A stretch of DNA of 52,045 bases from Nemertoderma westbladi (Eukaryota > Animalia > Xenacoelomorpha): the NCBI GenBank assembly GCA_032718475.1, contig JAUCBJ010001312.1, forward strand, positions 1-52,045. The letters are read 5' to 3'. The first letter of the stretch is position 1; the number at the start of each line of letters is the position of its first letter. The position numbers and the translations under genes are program-made. The notes below the pieces were generated by a model. The model saw only the letters and a list, made by a program, of their open reading frames with translations, was not told the DNA's origin and did no database searches. Of the stretch, positions 36,473 to 50,830 are shown one piece after another.

Positions 36473-39400
36473 GTAGGCCTACAGTACATAAGTATATACA
36501 ACAGTAGTAGGCCTACATTACATAAGTATATACAACAGTAGTAGGCCTACAGTACATAAGTATATACAACAGTAGTAGGCCTACAGTACATAAGTATATA
36601 CAACAGTAGTAGGCCTACAGTACATAAGTATATACAACAGTAGTAGGCCTACAGTACATAAGTATATACAACAGTAGTAGGCCTACAGTACATAAGTATA
36701 TACAACAGTAGTAGGCCTACAGTACATAAGTATATACAACAGTAGTAGGCCTACAGTACATAAGTATATACAACAGTAGTAGGCCTACAGTACATAAGTA
36801 TATACAACAGTAGTAGGCCTACAGTACATAAGTATATACAACATTAGTAGGCCTACAGTACATAAGTATATACAACATTAGTAGGCCTACAGTACATAAG
36901 TATATACAACATTAGTAGGCCTACAGTACATAAGTATATACAACATTAGTAGGCCTACAGTACATAAGTATATACAACATTAGTAGGCCTACAGTACATA
37001 AGTATATACAACAGTAGTAGGCCTACAGTACATAAGTATATACAACATTAGTAGGCCTACAGTACATAAGTATATACAACAGTAGTAGGCCTACAGTACA
37101 TAAGTATATACAACATTAGTAGGCCTACAGTACATAAGTATATACAACAGTAGTAGGCGGACAGTACATAAGTATATACAACAGTAGTAGGCCTACAGTA
37201 CATAAGTATATACAACAGTAGTAGGCCTACAGTACATAAGTATATACAACATTAGTAGGCCTACAGTACATAAGTATATACAACAGTAGTAGGCCTACAG
37301 TACATAAGTATATACAACATTAGTAGGCCTACAGTACATAAGTATATACAACAGTAGTAGGCCTACAGTACATAAGTATATACAACATTAGTAGGCCTAC
37401 AGTACATAAGTATATACAACAGTAGTAGGCCTACAGTACATAAGTATATACAACAGTAGTAGGCCTACAGCAGTACATAAGTATATACAACAGTAGTAGG
37501 CCTACAGTACATAAGTATATACAACAGTAGTAGGCCTACAGTACATAAGTATATACAACAGTAGTAGGCCTACAGTACATAAGTATATACAACATTAGTA
37601 GGCCTACAGTACATAAGTATATACAACAGTAGTAGGCCTACAGTACATAAGTATATACAACAGTAGTAGGCCTACAGTACATAAGTATATACAACATTAG
37701 TAGGCCTACAGTACATAAGTATATACAACAGTAGTAGGCCTACAGTACATAAGTATATACAACATTAGTAGGCCTACAGTACATAAGTATATACAACATT
37801 AGTAGGCCTACAGTACATAAGTATATACAACATTAGTAGGCCTACAGTACATAAGTATATACAACAGTAGTAGGCCTACAGTACATAAGTATATACAACA
37901 GTAGTAGGCCTACAGTACATAAGTATATACAACAGTAGTAGGCCTACAGTACATAAGTATATACAACAGTAGTAGGCCTACATTACATAAGTATATACAA
38001 CAGTAGTAGGCCTACAGTACATAAGTATATACAACAGTAGTAGGCCTACAGTACATAAGTATATACAACAGTAGTAGGCCTACAGTACATAAGTATATAC
38101 AACAGTAGTAGGCCTACAGTACATAAGTATATACAACAGTAGTAGGCCTACAGTACATAAGTATATACAACATTAGTAGGCCTACAGTACATAAGTATAT
38201 ACAACAGTAGTAGGCCTACAGTACATAAGTATATACAACAGTAGTAGGCCTACAGTACATAAGTATATACAACATTAGTAGGCCTACAGTACATAAGTAT
38301 ATACAACAGTAGTAGGCCTACAGTACATAAGTATATACAACAGTAGTAGGCCTACAGTACATAAGTATATACAACATTAGTAGGCCTACAGTACATAAGT
38401 ATATACAACATTAGTAGGCCTACAGTACATAAGTATATACAACAGTAGTAGGCCTACAGTACATAAGTATATACAACATTAGTAGGCCTACAGTACATAA
38501 GTATATACAACAGTAGTAGGCCTACAGTACATAAGTATATACAACATTAGTAGGCCTACAGTACATAAGTATATACAACAGTAGTAGGCCTACAGTACAT
38601 AAGTATATACAACAGTAGTAGGCCTACAGTACATAAGTATATACAACATTAGTAGGCCTACAGTACATAAGTATATACAACAGTAGTAGGCCTACAGTAC
38701 ATAAGTATATACAACAGTAGTAGGCCTACAGTACATAAGTATATACAACAGTAGTAGGCCTACAGTACAGTACATAAGTATATACAACAGTAGTAGGCCT
38801 ACAGTACAGTACATAAGTATATACAACATTAGTAGGCCTACAGTACATAAGTATATACAACAGTAGTAGGCCTACAGTACATAAGTATATACAACATTAG
38901 TAGGCCTACAGTACATAAGTATATACAACATTAGTAGGCCTACAGTACATAAGTATATACAACAGTAGTAGGCCTACAGTACAGTACATAAGTATATACA
39001 ACAGTAGTAGGCCTACAGTACAGTACATAAGTATATACAACATTAGTAGGCCTACAGTACATAAGTATATACAACAGTAGTAGGCCTACAGTACATAAGT
39101 ATATACAACAGTAGTAGGCCTACAGTACAGTACATAAGTATATACAACATTAGTAGGCCTACAGTACATAAGTATATACAACAGTAGTAGGCCTACAGTA
39201 CATAAGTATATACAACAGTAGTAGGCCTACAGTACATAAGTATATACAACATTAGTAGGCCTACAGTACATAAGTATATACAACATTAGTAGGCCTACAG
39301 TACATAAGTATATACAACATTAGTAGGCCTACAGTACATAAGTATATACAACAGTAGTAGGCCTACAGTACAGTACATAAGTATATACAACAGTAGTAGG

Positions 39401-42400
39401 CCTACAGTACAGTACATAAGTATATACAACATTAGTAGGCCTACAGTACATAAGTATATACAACATTAGTAGGCCTACAGTACATAAGTATATACAACAG
39501 TAGTAGGCCGACAGTACATAAGTATATACAACATTAGTAGGCCTACAGTACATAAGTATATACAACAGTAGTAGGCCTACAGTACAGTACATAAGTATAT
39601 ACAACATTAGTAGGCCTACAGTACATAAGTATATACAACAGTAGTAGGCCTACAGTACATAAGTATATACAACAGTAGTAGGCCTACAGTACAGTACATA
39701 AGTATATACAACATTAGTAGGCCTACAGTACATAAGTATATACAACAGTAGTAGGCCTACAGTACATAAGTATATACAACAGTAGTAGGCCTACAGTACA
39801 TAAGTATATACAACATTAGTAGGCCTACAGTACATAAGTATATACAACATTAGTAGGCCTACAGTACATAAGTATATACAACATTAGTAGGCCTACAGTA
39901 CATAAGTATATACAACAGTAGTAGGCCTACAGTACATAAGTATATACAACAGTAGTAGGCCTACAGTACATAAGTATATACAACAGTAGTAGGCCTACAG
40001 TACATAAGTATATACAACATTAGTAGGCCTACAGTACATAAGTATATACAACATTAGTAGGCCTACAGTACATAAGTATATACAACAGTAGTAGGCCTAC
40101 AGTACATAAGTATATACAACAGTAGTAGGCCTACAGTACATAAGTATATACAACAGTAGTAGGCCTACAGTACATAAGTATATACAACATTAGTAGGCCT
40201 ACAGTACATAAGTATATACAACATTAGTAGGCCTACAGTACATAAGTATATACAACAGTAGTAGGCCTACAGTACATAAGTATATACAACAGTAGTAGGC
40301 CGACAGTACATAAGTATATACAACAGTAGTAGGCCTACAGTACATAAGTATATACAACAGTAGTAGGCCTACAGTACATAAGTATATACAACAGTAGTAG
40401 GCCTACAGTACATAAGTATATACAACAGTAGTAGGCCTACAGTACATAAGTATATACAACATTAGTAGGCCTACAGTACATAAGTATATACAACAGTAGT
40501 AGGCCTACAGTACATAAGTATATACAACAGTAGTAGGCCTACAGTACATAAGTATATACAACATTAGTAGGCCTACAGTACATAAGTATATACAACAGTA
40601 GTAGGCCTACAGTACATAAGTATATACAACAGTAGTAGGCCTACAGTACATAAGTATATACAACAGTAGTAGGCCTACAGTACATAAGTATATACAACAG
40701 TAGTAGGCCTACAGTACATAAGTATATACAACAGTAGTAGGCCTACAGTACATAAGTATATACAACATTAGTAGGCCTACAGTACATAAGTATATACAAC
40801 AGTAGTAGGCCTACAGTACAGTACATAAGTATATACAACAGTAGTAGGCCTACAGTACAGTACATAAGTATATACAACATTAGTAGGCCTACAGTACATA
40901 AGTATATACAACATTAGTAGGCGGACAGTACATAAGTATATACAACAGTAGTAGGCCTACAGTACATAAGTATATACAACATTAGTAGGCCTACAGTACA
41001 TAAGTATATACAACATTAGTAGGCCTACAGTACATAAGTATATACAACATTAGTAGGCGGACAGTACATAAGTATATACAACAGTAGTAGGCCTACAGTA
41101 CATAAGTATATACAACAGTAGTAGGCCTACAGTACATAAGTATATACAACAGTAGTAGGCCTACAGTACATAAGTATATACAACATTAGTAGGCGGACAG
41201 TACATAAGTATATACAACAGTAGTAGGCCTACAGTACAGTACATAAGTATATACAACAGTAGTAGGCCTACAGTACATAAGTATATACAACATTAGTAGG
41301 CCTACAGTACATAAGTATATACAACATTAGTAGGCCTACAGTACATAAGTATATACAACAGTAGTAGGCCTACAGTACATAAGTATATACAACAGTAGTA
41401 GGCCTACAGTACAGTACATAAGTATATACAACAGTAGTAGGCCTACAGTACATAAGTATATACAACATTAGTAGGCCTACAGTACATAAGTATATACAAC
41501 AGTAGTAGGCCTACAGTACATAAGTATATACAACATTAGTAGGCGGACAGTACATAAGTATATACAACAGTAGTAGGCCTACAGTACAGTACATAAGTAT
41601 ATACAACAGTAGTAGGCCTACAGTACATAAGTATATACAACAGTAGTAGGCCTACAGTACATAAGTATATACAACAGTAGTAGGCCTACAGTACATAAGT
41701 ATATACAACATTAGTAGGCCTACAGTACATAAGTATATACAACAGTAGTAGGCCTACAGTACATAAGTATATACAACAGTAGTAGGCCTACAGTACATAA
41801 GTATATACAACAGTAGTAGGCCTACAGTACATAAGTATATACAACAGTAGTAGGCCTACAGTACATAAGTATATACAACAGTAGTAGGCCTACAGTACAT
41901 AAGTATATACAACAGTAGTAGGCCTACAGTACATAAGTATATACAACAGTAGTAGGCCTACAGTACATAAGTATATACAACAGTAGTAGGCCTACAGTAC
42001 ATAAGTATATACAACATTAGTAGGCCTACAGTACATAAGTATATACAACAGTAGTAGGCCTACAGTACATAAGTATATACAACAGTAGTAGGCCTACAGT
42101 ACATAAGTATATACAACAGTAGTAGGCCTACAGTACATAAGTATATACAACATTAGTAGGCCTACAGTACATAAGTATATACAACAGTAGTAGGCCTACA
42201 GTACATAAGTATATACAACAGTAGTAGGCCTACAGTACATAAGTATATACAACAGTAGTAGGCCTACAGTACATAAGTATATACAACATTAGTAGGCCTA
42301 CAGTACATAAGTATATACAACAGTAGTAGGCCTACAGTACATAAGTATATACAACAGTAGTAGGCCTACAGTACATAAGTATATACAACAGTAGTAGGCC

Positions 42401-45400
42401 TACAGTACATAAGTATATACAACAGTAGTAGGCCTACAGTACATAAGTATATACAACATTAGTAGGCCTACAGTACATAAGTATATACAACATTAGTAGG
42501 CCTACAGTACATAAGTATATACAACATTAGTAGGCCTACAGTACATAAGTATATACAACAGTAGTAGGCCTACAGTACATAAGTATATACAACAGTAGTA
42601 GGCCTACAGTACATAAGTATATACAACAGTAGTAGGCCTACAGTACATAAGTATATACAACAGTAGTAGGCCTACAGTACATAAGTATATACAACATTAG
42701 TAGGCCTACAGTACATAAGTATATACAACATTAGTAGGCCTACAGTACATAAGTATATACAACATTAGTAGGCCTACAGTACATAAGTATATACAACAGT
42801 AGTAGGCCTACATTACATAAGTATATACAACATTAGTAGGCCTACAGTACATAAGTATATACAACATTAGTAGGCCTACATTACATAAGTATATACAACA
42901 GTAGTAGGCCTACAGTACATAAGTATATACAACAGTAGTAGGCCTACAGTACATAAGTATATACAACATTAGTAGGCCTACAGTACATAAGTATATACAA
43001 CAGTAGTAGGCCTACAGTACATAAGTATATACAACATTAGTAGGCCTACAGTACATAAGTGTATACAACAGTAGTAGGCCTACAGTACATAAGTATATAC
43101 AACATTAGTAGGCGGACATTACATAAGTATATACAACATTAGTAGGCCTACAGTACATAAGTATATACAACAGTAGTAGGCCTACAGTACATAAGTATAT
43201 ACAACAGTAGTAGGCGGACATTACACAAGTATATACAACATTAGTAGGCCTACAGTACAGTACATAAGTATATACAACATTAGTAGGCGGACATTACACA
43301 AGTATATACAACATTAGTAGGCCTACAGTACAGTACATAAGTATATACAACATTAGTAGGCCTACAGTACATAAGTATATACAACATTAGTAGGCCTACA
43401 GTACATAAGTGTATACAACATTAGTAGGCGGACATTACATAAGTATATACAACATTAGTAGGCCTACAGTACATAAGTATATACAACAGTAGTAGGCCTA
43501 CAGTACATAAGTATATACAACAGTAGTAGGCCTACAGTACAGTACATAAGTATATACAACAGTAGTAGGCCTACAGTACAGTACATAAGTATATACAACA
43601 GTAGTAGGCCTACAGTACATAAGTATATACAACAGTAGTAGGCCTACAGTACATAAGTATATACAACATTAGTAGGCCTACAGTACATAAGTGTATACAA
43701 CAGTAGTAGGCCTACAGTACATAAGTATATACAACATTAGTAGGCCTACAGTACATAAGTATATACAACAGTAGTAGGCCTACAGTACATAAGTATATAC
43801 AACATTAGTAGGCCTACAGTACATAAGTATATACAACATTAGTAGGCCTACATTACATAAGTATATACAACAGTAGTAGGCCTAGAGTACATAAGTATAT
43901 ACAACATTAGTAGGCCTACAGTACATAAGTATATACAACAGTAGTAGGCCTACAGTACATAAGTATATACAACATTAGTAGGCCTACAGTACATAAGTAT
44001 ATACAACAGTAGTAGACCTACAGTACAGTACATAAGTATATACAACAGTAGTAGGCCTACAGTACAGTACATAAGTATATACAACATTAGTAGGCCTACA
44101 TTACATAAGTATATACAACAGTAGTAGGCCTACAGTACATAAGTATATACAACATTAGTAGGCCTACAGTACATAAGTGTATACAACATTAGTAGGCGGA
44201 CAGTACATAAGTATATACAACAGTAGTAGGCCTAAAGTACAGTACATAAGTATATACAACAGTAGTAGGCCTACAGTACATAAGTATATACAACAGTAGT
44301 AGGCCTACAGTACATAAGTATATACAACAGTAGTAGGCCTACAGTACATAAGTATATACAACATTAGTAGGCCTACAGTACATAAGTATATACAACAGTA
44401 GTAGGCGGACATTACACAAGTATATACAACATTAGTAGGCCTACAGTACAGTACATAAGTATATACAACAGTAGTAGGCGGACATTACACAAGTATATAC
44501 AACATTAGTAGGCCTACAGTACAGTACATAAGTATATACAACAGTAGTAGGCCTACAGTACATAAGTATATACAACAGTAGTAGGCCTACAGTACATAAG
44601 TATATACAACAGTAGTAGGCCTACAGTACATAAGTATATACAACATTAGTAGGCCTACAGTACATAAGTATATACAACAGTAGTAGGCGGACATTACACA
44701 AGTATATACAACATTAGTAGGCCTACAGTACATAAGTATATACAACATTAGTAGGCGGACATTACACAAGTATATACAACATTAGTAGGCCTACAGTACA
44801 TAAGTATATACAACATTAGTAGGCCTACAGTACATAAGTATATACAACAGTAGTAGGCGGACAGTACATAAGTATATTCAACAGTAGTAGGCCTACAGTA
44901 CATAAGTATATACAACATTAGTAGGCCTACAGTACATAAGTGTATACAACAGTAGTAGGCCTACAGTACATAAGTATATACAACAGTAGTAGGCCTACAG
45001 TACATAAGTATATACAACATTAGTAGGCCTACAGTACATAAGTATATACAACAGTAGTAGGCCTACAGTACATAAGTATATACAACATTAGTAGGCCTAC
45101 AGTACATAAGTATATACAACATTAGTAGGCCTACATTACATAAGTATATACAACAGTAGTAGGCCTACAGTACATAAGTATATACAACATTAGTAGGCCT
45201 ACAGTACATAAGTATATACAACAGTAGTAGGCCTACCGTACATAAGTATATACAACAGTAGTAGGCCTACATTACATAAGTATATACAACATTAGTAGGC
45301 ATACAGTACATAAGTATATACAACATTAGTAGGCGGACAGTACATAAGTATATACAACAGTAGTAGGCCTACAGTACATAAGTATATACAACAGTAGTAG

Positions 45401-46981
45401 GCCTACAGTACATAAGTATATACAACAGTAGTAGGCCTACAGTACATAAGTATATACAACATTAGTAGGCCTACAGTACATAAGTATATACAACATTAGT
45501 AGGCCTACAGTACATAAGTATATACAACAGTAGTAGGCCTACAGTACATAAGTATATACAACATTAGTAGGCCTACAGTACATAAGTATATACAACAGTA
45601 GTAGGCCTACAGTACATAAGTATATACAACAGTAGTAGGCCTACAGTACATAAGTATATACAACATTAGTAGGCCTACAGTACATAAGTATATACAACAT
45701 TAGTAGGCCTACAGTACATAAGTATATACAACAGTAGTAGGCCTACAGTACATAAGTGTATACAACAGTAGTAGGCCTACAGTACATAAGTATATACAAC
45801 ATTAGTAGGCCTACAGTACATAAGTATATACAACAGTAGTAGGCCTACAGTACATAAGTATATACAACATTAGTAGGCCTACAGTACATAAGTATATACA
45901 ACATTAGTAGGCCTACAGTACATAAGTATATACAACATTAGTAGGCCTACAGTACATAAGTATATACAACAGTAGTAGGCCTACAGTACATAAGTATATA
46001 CAACATTAGTAGGCCTACAGTACATAAGTATATACAACATTAGTAGGCATACAGTACATAAGTATATACAACATTAGTAGGCGGACAGTACATAAGTATA
46101 TACAACAGTAGTAGGCCTACAGTACATAAGTATATACAACATTAGTAGGCCTACAGTACATAAGTATATACAACAGTAGTAGGCCTACAGTACATAAGTA
46201 TATACAACATTAGTAGGCCTACAGTACATAAGTATATACAACAGTAGTAGGCCTACAGTACATAAGTATATACAACAGTAGTAGGCCTACAGTACATAAG
46301 TATATACAACAGTAGTAGGCCTACATTACATAAGTATATACAACAGTAGTAGGCCTACAGTACATAAGTATATACAACAGTAGTAGGCCTACAGTACATA
46401 AGTATATACAACATTAGTAGGCCTACAGTACATAAGTATATACAACAGTAGTAGGCCTACAGTACAGTACATAAGTATATACAACAGTAGTAGGCCTACA
46501 GTACATAAGTATATACAACATTAGTAGGCCTACAGTACATAAGTATATACAACAGTAGTAGGCCTACATTACATAAGTATATACAACAGTAGTAGGCCTA
46601 CATTACATAAGTATATACAACAGTAGTAGGCCTACAGTACATAAGTATATACAACAGTAGTAGGCCTACAGTACATAAGTATATACAACAGTAGTAGGCC
46701 TACAGTACAGTACATAAGTATATACAACAGTAGTAGGCCTACAGTACATAAGTATATACAACATTAGTAGGCCTACATTACATAAGTATATACAACAGTA
46801 GTAGGCCTACAGTACATAAGTATATACAACAGTAGTAGGCCTACAGTACATAAGTATATACAACAGTAGTAGGCCTACAGTACATAAGTATATACAACAG
46901 TAGTAGGCCTACAGTACCTAAGTATATACAACAGTAGTAGGCCTACAGTACATAAGTATATACAACAGTAGTAGGCCTACA
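36473..46981. repeat. 34-bp intronic satellite, ~10.5 kb, roughly 300 copies
   Basis: Unit taggcctacagtacataagtatatacaaca(g/t)tag; variants ggcggac, cattac and 39-bp units with a duplicated cagta. Confidence 0.99.
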
Positions 46982-47117
46982 TACATCTATATCTATAACA
47001 TATATTTTACATTGACCTTTGCCTCTGACCATATTTTTTGTGTTGGACATATTATTTAAAACTGTCAATAAAAAAAAATGTATTTCCATTTATGTCTCGT
47101 ATTGCTTTCCATCACAG

Positions 47118-47249
47118 ACTGCGTCGAAGATATTGACAGAAACGAACACTGTCCAGGGTGGGCAGCAGCTAAGGAATGTATCAATAACCCATCCTACATG
47201 TACAACTACTGTCAAACCTCATGTGATTACTGCAGTGATGGGCCTGGAC
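47118..47249 (+). CDS. ShKT domain exon 4
   Basis: tcacag|...|gtaagt, 132 nt; CVEDIDRNEHCPGWAAAKECINNPSYMYNYCQTSCDYC. Confidence 0.92.
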
Positions 47250-47630
47250 GTAAGTGGCTAAAAAATAAAATAAATGATATTTTTATGCCGTATATTTTTT
47301 TAAAAAGTTGTCGTTTTTTAACTCGGTTGCAAAAAATATGACAAGATTTAATTTTATATAAAATATTTTCAGAAAAATTTATTATTTTAAAGTAAAATTG
47401 AAGTTCATATTTGACTTAATTTTGAAGCAAAATAGCAACAATTTAATTAATTTGTATTCCTTTGGGTTATCATTTAGGCCTACTTCATTTAATGATTTCT
47501 GGTTTTTTTTGCGAACTTTTAAAAGATCAAAAGTTCACTGTCTTCACTTTCATTTTATATTATTACTAAAAAACAATGGGCTAAATAACAACAATAACTA
47601 ATAATAATATGCTTATTTTTTTATTTTCAG

Positions 47631-47651
47631 CAAACAACTGCGCAGAAATTG
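47631..47651 (+). CDS. 21-nt phase-1 microexon (P)NNCAEI(G)
   Basis: Strong acceptor ttttttattttcag and donor gtaagt; frame-preserving. Confidence 0.65.
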
Positions 47652-47911
47652 GTAAGTGATTAATTATTATGGGTATAAAATGTATATAAAATCTACATTT
47701 TATACAAAATTTATAATCTCATATAATATAACACTCTTAAAAAACGTTTCAACTATTACCAAACTAAAAATGAACTTATTACAAATTATCTAACAATTAG
47801 CAATGGCTGACAAATAATTAATAACTACAATATTTCCAATAACAAAATGAATAATTAAAATCAGAAATATATTGAACTACAGTAATGCTATGTTATTTTT
47901 TAATAAATTAG

Positions 47912-48045
47912 GTTGCTTTGAGGAACAAGATATGGACTTCCATTGTCCGGGTTGGGCTGCTGATGGCGAATGTATAACAAACCCATCCTACATGTATGAA
48001 AAATGTCAGAGTTCCTGCAACAAGTGTAATGATGGAACAGGTTAA
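47912..48045 (+). CDS. ShKT domain exon 5 (possibly terminal)
   Basis: aattag|GCFEEQDMDFHCPGWAADGECITNPSYMYEKCQSSCNKCNDGT; then either a weak donor gttaac after 48040 or read-through GGT-TAA stop at 48045. Confidence 0.85.
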
Positions 48046-48219
48046 CTAAAATACAGTATAGTTCGTTATTTCTAGTACTATTAATGACAATTCGTGATGT
48101 AGATTCAATAATGTTGACTTTTTGACTTGAGATAAGAAAAGCCCATGAAATGACGTGAATAATACTTTCATGAGTTTGTATGTACAGATGTATGATGTAC
48201 ATACCGGTCATCCTAATCA

Positions 48220-48940
48220 GTATCTATGGCATAGGCCATGGCCTAAGTAATACTGGACACGACATCAGGCTGCATGTCTTACCCCCTATTGGAGAGAGAG
48301 CAGCCAACATGTGAGTCCCTCTCTTGATTACCTTTCTGGCCCATACCCTGGGTCACCATGGAGGCCAGATTATGAGGGGGAGAGGGATTATGGAGTTGGA
48401 GGCTACTCTCTTTTCCACCCCAACCAACCAAGCCATTATTGGTGATCCTGAGGCAAGTTACCAGACTAGCCTCAGTTAACACCCTAACACTTGGTCCCCC
48501 AATGCCACAAGGTGAGCTGACTGCATTGGCAGATAAGCTTTCTCTTAGCGCAGTTGGTATTCAAGAGCACCGAATGCAGACTGGACAGATTGATGAGGCT
48601 CTGATTAAGGACATCAGGGATGGTTGGTGACTTGCCCTTGCATCAGCAGATGATAGTGGTAATGGTGGAATTGGTCGATTGATGATTCCAACTGCACATG
48701 CAGCATTGGACAAAATAGACCAAATCTTTAACCACATCATCCATTGCCACTTCTAATGTTCTGAAAGGAAAGCTCTGTATGCCTGTACTCTGTATCAATC
48801 ACCTACATCACCCTGGGTCTATATGGATAGTGTTAACCAAAATTCCACCCATCTTCAGGATTTCATCTCAGGAATTGGATTGTTTTTGGCTGGAACCCAG
48901 TTCAAGAAGCGAACTGGAAAGCTATGTACTCATAGTGGAC
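48220..48940 (+). mobile_element. Degraded RTE-like LINE 5' fragment (AP endonuclease)
   Basis: LASVNTLTL, AVGIQEHR, GNGGIG, LAGTQFKKRTGKLCTH motifs with stops and deletions. Confidence 0.72.
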
Positions 48941-48946
48941 GCAGTG

Positions 48947-49700
48947 CAGTGGTCCACTATGGGGTGGACTCCACAGTGGGGGAGAATTCTTAAAATTTGC
49001 CCCCTATTTAGCATAATGTAGAATATTTATACATTATACATAGACCAGATTTTTATGAAGCATGGTTGCATTTCATCAAAAATGACTGACGTAAATAATG
49101 TACAAACATTTACTATGACGACAACAACAGATGGTATCCGAATTTTAACACCAGATTTCGTACTTCTTACCAAACTTTGTGGCAGGCCCATGACGTTACA
49201 ACGGGGTTGATTGATGGACAACAGATTTAATGGCTGATTGGCTCCCACAGAAAATTTGAATTCCAAAATCTGTATGAGAGTATAATTACATTGTTTGTTG
49301 ACAGGAAATACATACACATGTGATGGGAGTCAGTTTACGAAACTCCCAACCACCTGCGACTGGGTCTTACTTAGGGTTGGTTTCTTTATAGATAGGTTCC
49401 ATTTAGTTATTAGTTATATAGTTTTAGTTAGGTTCTTTATAGGTTCCCACTTTGTAATAGGAGCATATAGCGGATTGGATCTGCTAAGAACACAACTGCA
49501 CTCACTTCCGGTTGCAGAATGCACAGTTTACAGCTCAGTGATTGTAACACAAATCAAAGTAACAAGGTTCTAATCTAATACATTTTGAGGAATTGTGGAC
49601 CGTTGTGTTGGCCATTTAGGCCGTGACAAACGTTTAGTTATTTCCTATGTCTTATACTGTAGCCTATGGGTCTATTCTCCACCCCCTATATGGACCAATT
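48947..49700. mobile_element. Possible MITE truncating the RTE fragment
   Basis: Imperfect inverted ends tggtccactatggggtgga / tccaccccctatatggacca. Confidence 0.4.
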
Positions 49701-49704
49701 TGAT

Positions 49705-50620
49705 CTTTAGTTTGTAGTGTCCATCCTGATATGGATGCTAAACTGTTTTGATTTCCTTTATTAGTAGTCTCTGCCACAATGTTGATGCTAACTGTGCTTT
49801 AATTTGTAGTTTCCATCCTGATATGGATGCTAACTGGTGCTGATGTCTATTGGTTTGCAGTCTCTGCCCCAATATGGATGCTAAGCGCTAACTGCAGAAC
49901 TGTTCCAAATTTCGTTTAGTTTGCAGTCTCCATCCCAATATGGATGCTAACCCAGTAACTTTCTGTAGTTTTCTTTCAAACATGGTCTATGTCTCTGTTA
50001 CAATATGGATGCTAAAATCTGCTGATTTCCTTTAATTTGCAGTCTTCACCCAATATGGATCATGCTAAATGCAGAAATGAGGTGATTTCCTTTAGTTTGT
50101 AGTCCTCAACCTGATATGGATTCTACTGTACTGTTTTCCATTAGTTCCCCCCCCCCCCCCCCCCCATACTACTGCAATATGGATGGATGCCAACTATTAT
50201 AATTGAGTAATTTCCTTTAGTTTGTAGTCTCAGCCCGATAGGGATGCTAACTGTGCTGATTCCTTTAGTTTGTACAGTAGTACAAGTAGTATCTCCATCC
50301 CGATATGGATGCTAACTGTGCTGATTTCCTTTAGTTTGTAATCTTCCTCCCGATATGGATACTAAATGTGCTGATTTGCTTTAGTTTGTAGTCTCCATCC
50401 CGATATGGATGCTAACTGTGCTGATTTCCTTTAGTTTGTAATCGTAATCCTGATATGGATGATAACTGCGGATTTCCTTTCAGCCTTTAGTTTGTAATCT
50501 TAATCCCAATAGGGATGCTAACTGTGCTGATTACTTTAGTTTGTAGTCTCCATCCCAATATGGATGCTAACTGTGCTGATTTCCTTTAGTTTATAGTCTC
50601 CATCCCGATTTGGATACTAC
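49705..50620. repeat. 50-bp minisatellite (ctttagtttgtagtctccatcccgatatggatgctaactgtgctgatttc)
   Basis: cgatatggat at 50301, 50351, 50401; progressively more degenerate leftwards. Confidence 0.9.
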
Positions 50621-50830
50621 CCAGCAAATACATATCCAGCGATTAGCACGCTAATAGCGGGATGTACCATCCTGCTAATATCCCGCTATTTTTATAAGAT
50701 AATATCCGGATAATCGCCGTAAAAGTGGTCCCCGCTATAGCGGTGTTTTTAGCGGGATAATTATCCGGTTTTTAGCGGTTCCTTAGCGGCACTTTAGCGT
50801 GGATTTAGCGGCATTTGTAGCTGCCCAGGT
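50620..50830 (+). mobile_element. Left end of a probable CMC/EnSpm-like DNA element
   Basis: Starts CCCAGCAAA followed by clustered tagcgg subterminal motifs; the other end is not in the window. Confidence 0.4.

Noticed and set aside
36473-46981. CRISPR array, or ORFs 39329-39607 and 44587-44769
   Set aside because: Head-to-tail satellite without spacers; the ORFs are chance frames through the repeat.
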